Notes under the pieces: generated by a model
Seen by the model: only the letters and a program-made list of their open reading frames with translations
The model's database searches: none
What the model was told of the DNA's origin: nothing
Part shown: in pieces, positions 15,026-20,000 of the stretch
Layout of the letters: each line of letters opens with the position of its first letter
Position numbering within the stretch: position 1 is the first letter of the stretch
Translations under genes and position numbers: made by a program
Source of the DNA: an uncultured virus (IMG/VR IMGVR_UViG_3300034061_005432)
Taxonomy: Duplodnaviria; Heunggongvirae; Uroviricota; Caudoviricetes
Virus record (IMG/VR): IMGVR_UViG_3300034061_005432
Span: 51,583-71,582 of that record
Strand: one strand, 5' to 3'
DNA length: 20,000 nt

Positions 15026-18000
15026 ATGAATAGCCCACTATCATTTAATTCGACTGAAAACTTCAGAAAAAAATTACAAGTTCGTAATCTTGAACCATAC
15101 AAGGTAGACGGATCTTTTTCATTTGACATATTAAATGTTGCCTCAGAAATTGTTCTTGTTGATTACTCGGTAAGTAACTTACCTGATGTGACAGTTGAAC
15201 AAAAAATTCAGGAAGAAAGATTAATTAAACAAAATAAATTTAATCCAGTTGGCGGATTTGGAGATACTATTCAAATCAACATCAACAAAAACAATCAAAG
15301 TAATTTAGGTAATTACGGATACAAAAACACTATAGGTTCACAATTAGAAACTATTGGGGATACTACAGAAAAATTACTTTATGTTCAAAACATATATGGA
15401 CCTGTAGACTTTTCAAATTCATTTGGAAATACAATTGATATAAATAAAAATCTTAATACAACATCTAACAAAGGTGTTTATGGGTATATTAATACTGAAG
15501 GAAGTTTACTTGAAACTTTTGGGGTACAGAAAGAAACTGAACTTATTGTTATAAATCAATATGGTCCTGACCAAAATGACAGTAGAAATACTGTAGTACC
15601 TAATATTAACAAACAATCCAAACCAAATGAAGGTCACTATGACTTTTCAGATACATTAGGAAGTGATTTAGAAAAAAAGGGTAGAACATCAAAAGAAGAA
15701 CAAATTGTTATTAACCAATATGGTCCTGAGGGTCAACAGAGTACTCAAACCATAAACCCTAATGTCAACAAACAAACTAAATCTAACGAGGGAAATTATG
15801 GACCTTCTGATGCGATTTTTAGTCCGTTAGAGTTAGAAGGGGATAAAATGGAAGGACTATTAAGGGTCTTGAACAAATACTCACCAACTAATATACAAAA
15901 TGGTTATGGTAACTCAGTGTTGTTCCCGACATTGGTAATCGGATCCAACCAAGGAGACTATGATTATGTTTCAGATGGACCAAATATAACTGCTGACCAA
16001 TCAAGAGCAAATGCATATGTGACTAACTTTTTTGGACCTGACGGAGGGTTCAATGGTCAAGTAAACCCAAACACAAACAACCAAACACGACCAAATTCAG
16101 GCCCATATAGTTATGGAGGTTCGTCTCCGAACCTTACTACTGAACAATCACAATTGATATCCTATTTGGCAAATGTCTTCGGGCCTGAGGATCAACCGAA
16201 TGGTTTTGGACCCATGATCAATCCTAATTTGAATTTTCAAACACAGGCGAATCAGGGTGAGTATGACTTTACGGCATCTGCACCAAATAAGACAACCGAA
16301 CAATCTATTCAATACAACTATATTAAAAATCTATATAATACAGGAGAAGGGACCTATGAACCGTTAGTTATTGATGAATTGTTCCCTGACACTTTGAATA
16401 GACCATATGCTAATAGTGATACAACATTTTCATTTGTTGCCTCGTCTTATAGTCCTTTTGCAATTCTTACAAGTGATAATCCTAACGGTAGTGAGGGTTC
16501 TTTGAGTAACGACTCAAACTTGGCAAAAATTGCCGCAAAAAAACTTCAACAAGAGTTTAAATCAAGAGTTGCTGCTGAATTATACCAACAAACGGTAGGT
16601 AGGTCTATTTTAACAAGTTCTACTGTAGGACCTCCGTCTGGTGGAATAGGAAATACGCCATCATTAGATCCGTTTGATATTTTAGGAGTTGCCACCAATA
16701 ATGTTCCTTTAATACAAAAAAACTTTTCTATTACTGAACCCGCAACAATTGTTGGTGACATTTTAAACTTTACATCAAGAATCGCTGGACTTTACTCACC
16801 ATACTCGATTATACCTGGTGAATACTTTGATTTTCCTGAAAGAAACTTTTTGAGTCAGGCATTGGCAAACCCAATTGGGGGTATTGGAAGTTTAGTTAGT
16901 AACTTCTCAAATAAAATATTATCGGCCAATATTGATTCAGGATCAGAAAGATTCTTAGCCAACACATCAAGAGCAACAAGATCATTATTGTTTGATCAAT
17001 TATTTTTTAATGCTTACAGACCCGATTATAATTTTGAATCATTATTGAACCCAAACTTGTCGGCACCAAAACCAAATTTTTATATTGGAAACACTAAAAA
17101 TTTTGTTAGAGATGTAGTAAGTCCTAAAAATGAGTTACCCTTAGGTAAGGGTGATCAACCAAGTATAGGTCCTGTTTTTGACTATGGAGAACTCGGTAAA
17201 GAATACGAAGGTAACCAAGTTAATAACCGATTTTTTGGAATCAACTCAAGAAACTTCTTTGATGGTGCATCAGACACAAAGGGCGTTATTGGGGGTGGAT
17301 CTTTAATTGGGAACTTTACATGGACCACATCAAATAATACATATATAAAACCAGGACAACCTGTTGGATTTAATAACCAAGCGGTTAACTCCACAAACAG
17401 TGGATTAGATGAATTATTAAAAAATACATTCGATAAATCTAAATCATCTGGTTTAAATTTAACAGACGGTTCAATATTAGACATTACACAAAAGTTAGTT
17501 GATGCAGGAAGCAGGTCATCAAACAAAAAACAACATGTCGGAAATGCAATCAACCAAGTATCCAAAGTCTTTAACGATGGTTATATGGAAATGACAAAAG
17601 GGTCAAGAGTTTTTAGATATGTCACCCCAACATCAGTTCAACCTAATCCTGACAATCCTGTGACGGATGTTCAAGGATATGAATATTGTAGATTGTTTAC
17701 AAAAGATAGACCTTACTACACATATAGAAATCTTCAGAAAGGAAAATTAAGAAACAATAAAGGTAATATCAGAGGTGCGTCTTATTCAGTTTTAGATTCT
17801 ACATATAACTTGAATATTGCTCCGATGACAGGACCTGATTCGACAAATATACAAAATGGTAGAGTAAAAAAATATATGTTCTCTATTGAAAATTTGGCTT
17901 GGAGAACATCTAATAAACCGGGTTATACTGTGGACGATTTACCTGGATGTGAAATAGGTCCAGGTGGTGGTAGAATCATGTGGTTTCCACCATATGATTT

Positions 18001-20000
18001 AGTTTTTGATGAAAATACAAGAACAGATTGGGAGGGTAATACATTTTTAGGTAGACCTGAACCTATATACACATATAAAAGTACGGAAAGAAGTGGGTCA
18101 CTAAAGTGGAAGATTGTAGTTGACCACCCGTCGATCATGAATATTTTAGTTAAAAGAGAATTAGAGTCACAAAATACTTCTGTTGCTACAAAAGTAATTG
18201 ACTCATTTATTGCCGGTTGTACTGAGTATGATATTTATGACCTTTTGAAAAAGTATGGGTCTTTCAGTTTGAACGACATTTATCAAGTAGTCTCAACCCT
18301 ATCTACTGAATCACTTCAAGAAGTAGCTAAAGAACTTCCAAATGAAACCATACAGTCTGAAGTAACTATTGAAACTAGTGTCAATGTAGAACAACAAAGT
18401 TCTGGACAAACTGATACAACAATAGCCGAAGACTTACAAACCGAGATATACCAAGACATACAATTATTGTTTCAAGAAGCAAAACCTGGATCGACAGACA
18501 CTAGTGGTTCATATGAAGAATATTATACTGAATTGATAAACGCTGAGTCAGATTATAGTACTGCCGGTATAAACGGAGGGGGGAATAACTTCGCAGATAA
18601 ACTATATTTTTATGGTGGAAATGCGGTTACAAATGCCCCTGCAAACTTTTCGTTGGCAGAATACATAGACACTAGAAAAACTTCAATATCGGGGGTGTTC
18701 AGCTTCCTTAAACAAGAATACGATACTTTCAAAGAACTTCTTTCAAAAATATTAACACTATGTGATTCAGGAAATAAAATAGTATTAGATGTTATTGGAT
18801 CTGCTAACTCAAACAACAATAGCTCAGTTAACTATAATAATTCATTATCACAGAGAAGAACTAACTCTGTAATCAAAACGATTACGGACTTTACTGAAGG
18901 TGATTTAAATATGAAAGACATGATTGATAAAAAGTTACTTGAATTTTCTACTTCAAGTAATGGTGACAATCAAAAAATTAATGAAACGGATTACCGTGAT
19001 ATTGACTGTTCCAAACCATTTAGTAACTCAACAATACTTAAATACTCGGTTCAGGGTATGATGTGTAGAAGAGTTAGAGTCGGTGTAAAATCACAAACAC
19101 CACCACCAACAGAACCGGTGGTTGGTACAAATACAGATGTTACAGAACAACCAGACAGTGAAATTCCAAATCCATTAGCTGCTGACATTAATACATTAAC
19201 AGACTCACAACCACAGTCAGAAAGTTCACCAGTAGTACGACAAGTAAAAAAACAAACTTTAACTAATAAGTTAAGAGAAGGAATTACCAAAAAATTATTG
19301 AGAAAACTTTTGAGTGAGTGTGATTATTTTGAAATGATTCGTGAACAAGATCCTATGATTTATGATGGAATCAAAAGTAGAATCAAAAACTTTAATCCTA
19401 TATTCCACTCAATAACACCCGAAGGGTTGAACGCAAGATTGACATTTTTACAACAATGTATGAGACCAGGAGATACCATACCAACTGCAGTTGAAACAGG
19501 ACAAGGTGGTACATCTTTAGTCTATAATGATGTAACAAATAGTGCTTTTGGTTCTCCACCTATTTGTATTTTGAGAATAGGTGACTTTTATCATACAAAA
19601 GTTGTTTTTGAGAGTCTTGACATTAGTTACGAAAATGCGGTTTACGATTTGAACCCTGAAGGTATTGGAGTTCAACCAATGATTGCGAGTATTTCAATGA
19701 ATGTTAAATTTATTGGAGGACATGGGCTAAAAGAACCCGTAGCACAACTTCAAAATGCTCTATCCTTCAACTATTATGCTAATACAGAAGTTTATGATGA
19801 AAGAGCTACAGAAACAGAAGAACTAAATCCTGAATTCGAAAAACAATTAATTGAAGATATAAAAAATGAAGCCGGAGTGCCTCCTCTTACAAGACCTGCG
19901 GTAAATGACGGTGGGGTAACAATTGGTACTATTACCAATTCTTCTTTTGATGTTAATACATCACAGGTTATCGGGGACATCAATTACCGCAGGTCTTGTA
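15026..20000 (+). CDS. Giant baseplate / tail-tube-initiator-like protein with N-terminal repeats and an OmpA-like insertion; 3'-truncated; not in ORF track
   Basis: Read codon by codon from ATG 15026 (MNSPLSFNSTENFRKKL...) with no stop to the window end (1658 codons). Contains W...FLGRPEPIYTY..TERSGSL.WKIVVD, FGSPPICILRIGDF...QPMIASISMNVKFIGG and GSAN...N..LSQRR. Confidence 0.85.
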   Translation, partial: MNSPLSFNSTENFRKKLQVRNLEPYKVDGSFSFDILNVASEIVLVDYSVSNLPDVTVEQKIQEERLIKQNKFNPVGGFGDTIQININKNNQSNLGNYGYKNTIGSQLETIGDTTEKLLYVQNIYGPVDFSNSFGNTIDINKNLNTTSNKGVYGYINTEGSLLETFGVQKETELIVINQYGPDQNDSRNTVVPNINKQSKPNEGHYDFSDTLGSDLEKKGRTSKEEQIVINQYGPEGQQSTQTINPNVNKQTKSNEGNYGPSDAIFSPLELEGDKMEGLLRVLNKYSPTNIQNGYGNSVLFPTLVIGSNQGDYDYVSDGPNITADQSRANAYVTNFFGPDGGFNGQVNPNTNNQTRPNSGPYSYGGSSPNLTTEQSQLISYLANVFGPEDQPNGFGPMINPNLNFQTQANQGEYDFTASAPNKTTEQSIQYNYIKNLYNTGEGTYEPLVIDELFPDTLNRPYANSDTTFSFVASSYSPFAILTSDNPNGSEGSLSNDSNLAKIAAKKLQQEFKSRVAAELYQQTVGRSILTSSTVGPPSGGIGNTPSLDPFDILGVATNNVPLIQKNFSITEPATIVGDILNFTSRIAGLYSPYSIIPGEYFDFPERNFLSQALANPIGGIGSLVSNFSNKILSANIDSGSERFLANTSRATRSLLFDQLFFNAYRPDYNFESLLNPNLSAPKPNFYIGNTKNFVRDVVSPKNELPLGKGDQPSIGPVFDYGELGKEYEGNQVNNRFFGINSRNFFDGASDTKGVIGGGSLIGNFTWTTSNNTYIKPGQPVGFNNQAVNSTNSGLDELLKNTFDKSKSSGLNLTDGSILDITQKLVDAGSRSSNKKQHVGNAINQVSKVFNDGYMEMTKGSRVFRYVTPTSVQPNPDNPVTDVQGYEYCRLFTKDRPYYTYRNLQKGKLRNNKGNIRGASYSVLDSTYNLNIAPMTGPDSTNIQNGRVKKYMFSIENLAWRTSNKPGYTVDDLPGCEIGPGGGRIMWFPPYDLVFDENTRTDWEGNTFLGRPEPIYTYKSTERSGSLKWKIVVDHPSIMNILVKRELESQNTSVATKVIDSFIAGCTEYDIYDLLKKYGSFSLNDIYQVVSTLSTESLQEVAKELPNETIQSEVTIETSVNVEQQSSGQTDTTIAEDLQTEIYQDIQLLFQEAKPGSTDTSGSYEEYYTELINAESDYSTAGINGGGNNFADKLYFYGGNAVTNAPANFSLAEYIDTRKTSISGVFSFLKQEYDTFKELLSKILTLCDSGNKIVLDVIGSANSNNNSSVNYNNSLSQRRTNSVIKTITDFTEGDLNMKDMIDKKLLEFSTSSNGDNQKINETDYRDIDCSKPFSNSTILKYSVQGMMCRRVRVGVKSQTPPPTEPVVGTNTDVTEQPDSEIPNPLAADINTLTDSQPQSESSPVVRQVKKQTLTNKLREGITKKLLRKLLSECDYFEMIREQDPMIYDGIKSRIKNFNPIFHSITPEGLNARLTFLQQCMRPGDTIPTAVETGQGGTSLVYNDVTNSAFGSPPICILRIGDFYHTKVVFESLDISYENAVYDLNPEGIGVQPMIASISMNVKFIGGHGLKEPVAQLQNALSFNYYANTEVYDERATETEELNPEFEKQLIEDIKNEAGVPPLTRPAVNDGGVTIGTITNSSFDVNTSQVIGDINYRRSC
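15233..16327 (+). repeat. Seven degenerate tandem protein repeats of 49-55 aa
   Basis: Units begin NKFNP, NIYGP, NQYGP, NQYGP, NKYSP, NFFGP and NVFGP. Each carries [SPA]-N-x-G-x-Y about 22-30 aa later. Confidence 0.85.

Noticed and set aside
2381..19983. Short ORFs in the track overlapping long genes (e.g. 2381-2572, 5638-5826, 6257-6505, 7135-7356, 7866-8075, 9218-9527, 10523-11118, 12565-12930, 13267-13584, 14251-14829 and all from 16546 onward)
   Set aside because: They are antisense or off-frame shadows of well-supported genes, with no motifs or initiation context. Those beyond 15026 lie opposite the giant ORF.
14990..20000. Apparent 5-kb non-coding region in the ORF track
   Set aside because: It is one open frame from ATG 15026, presumably omitted because its stop lies outside the window.
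1..20000. Stop-codon reassignment (TAG or TGA recoding), as seen in some large phages
   Set aside because: Genes are full-length in the standard code, and TAG (685), TGA (3279) and TAA all end genes at sensible positions.
5101..20000. Bacterial extracellular contractile injection system or tailocin rather than a phage
   Set aside because: Head-joining neck genes, an adjacent PolB, a SNF2 helicase and T4-like gene types indicate a phage genome.
1..20000. CRISPR arrays, tRNAs, inteins, introns, DGR-type repeats
   Set aside because: Intergenic gaps are all short. I saw no repeat-spacer pattern or cloverleaf, helicase motifs are normally spaced, and the ~52-aa repeats are coding and degenerate.

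Overview
AT-rich fragment of a large T4-like contractile-tailed (myovirus-type) phage genome. The host is probably Bacteroidota, inferred from A-rich leaders without Shine-Dalgarno sites. The left part has the 3' end of a family B DNA polymerase, then a minus-strand block: small beta-rich protein, gp13-like neck protein, HEXXH-metallopeptidase/Mn-SOD fusion, SMARCAL1-like SNF2 helicase. A plus-strand neck/tail module follows: gp14-like, gp15-like, 1071-aa sheath, HAD protein, tube, gp26-like chaperone, tape measure, and a >1650-aa baseplate-type protein running off the window. I read four ORFs missing from the supplied track: a 49-aa RHH-like protein (6861-7010, minus), a 45-aa peptide (10422-10559), a 40-aa chaperone extension in the +1 frame (12906-13028) and the giant ORF 15026->20000. 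Best leads: (1) the IrrE/ImmA-like protease-SOD fusion; (2) a candidate +1 programmed frameshift at UUU_UUU_CGC; (3) a tube-initiator-like fold split by an OmpA-like domain and preceded by seven ~52-aa repeats; (4) a recurring sense-strand TATTTAT(A/T) motif, the reverse complement of the T4 late promoter; (5) an RHH gene with an adjacent 11-bp tandem repeat. All family calls come from motif recognition by eye; no searches were run.
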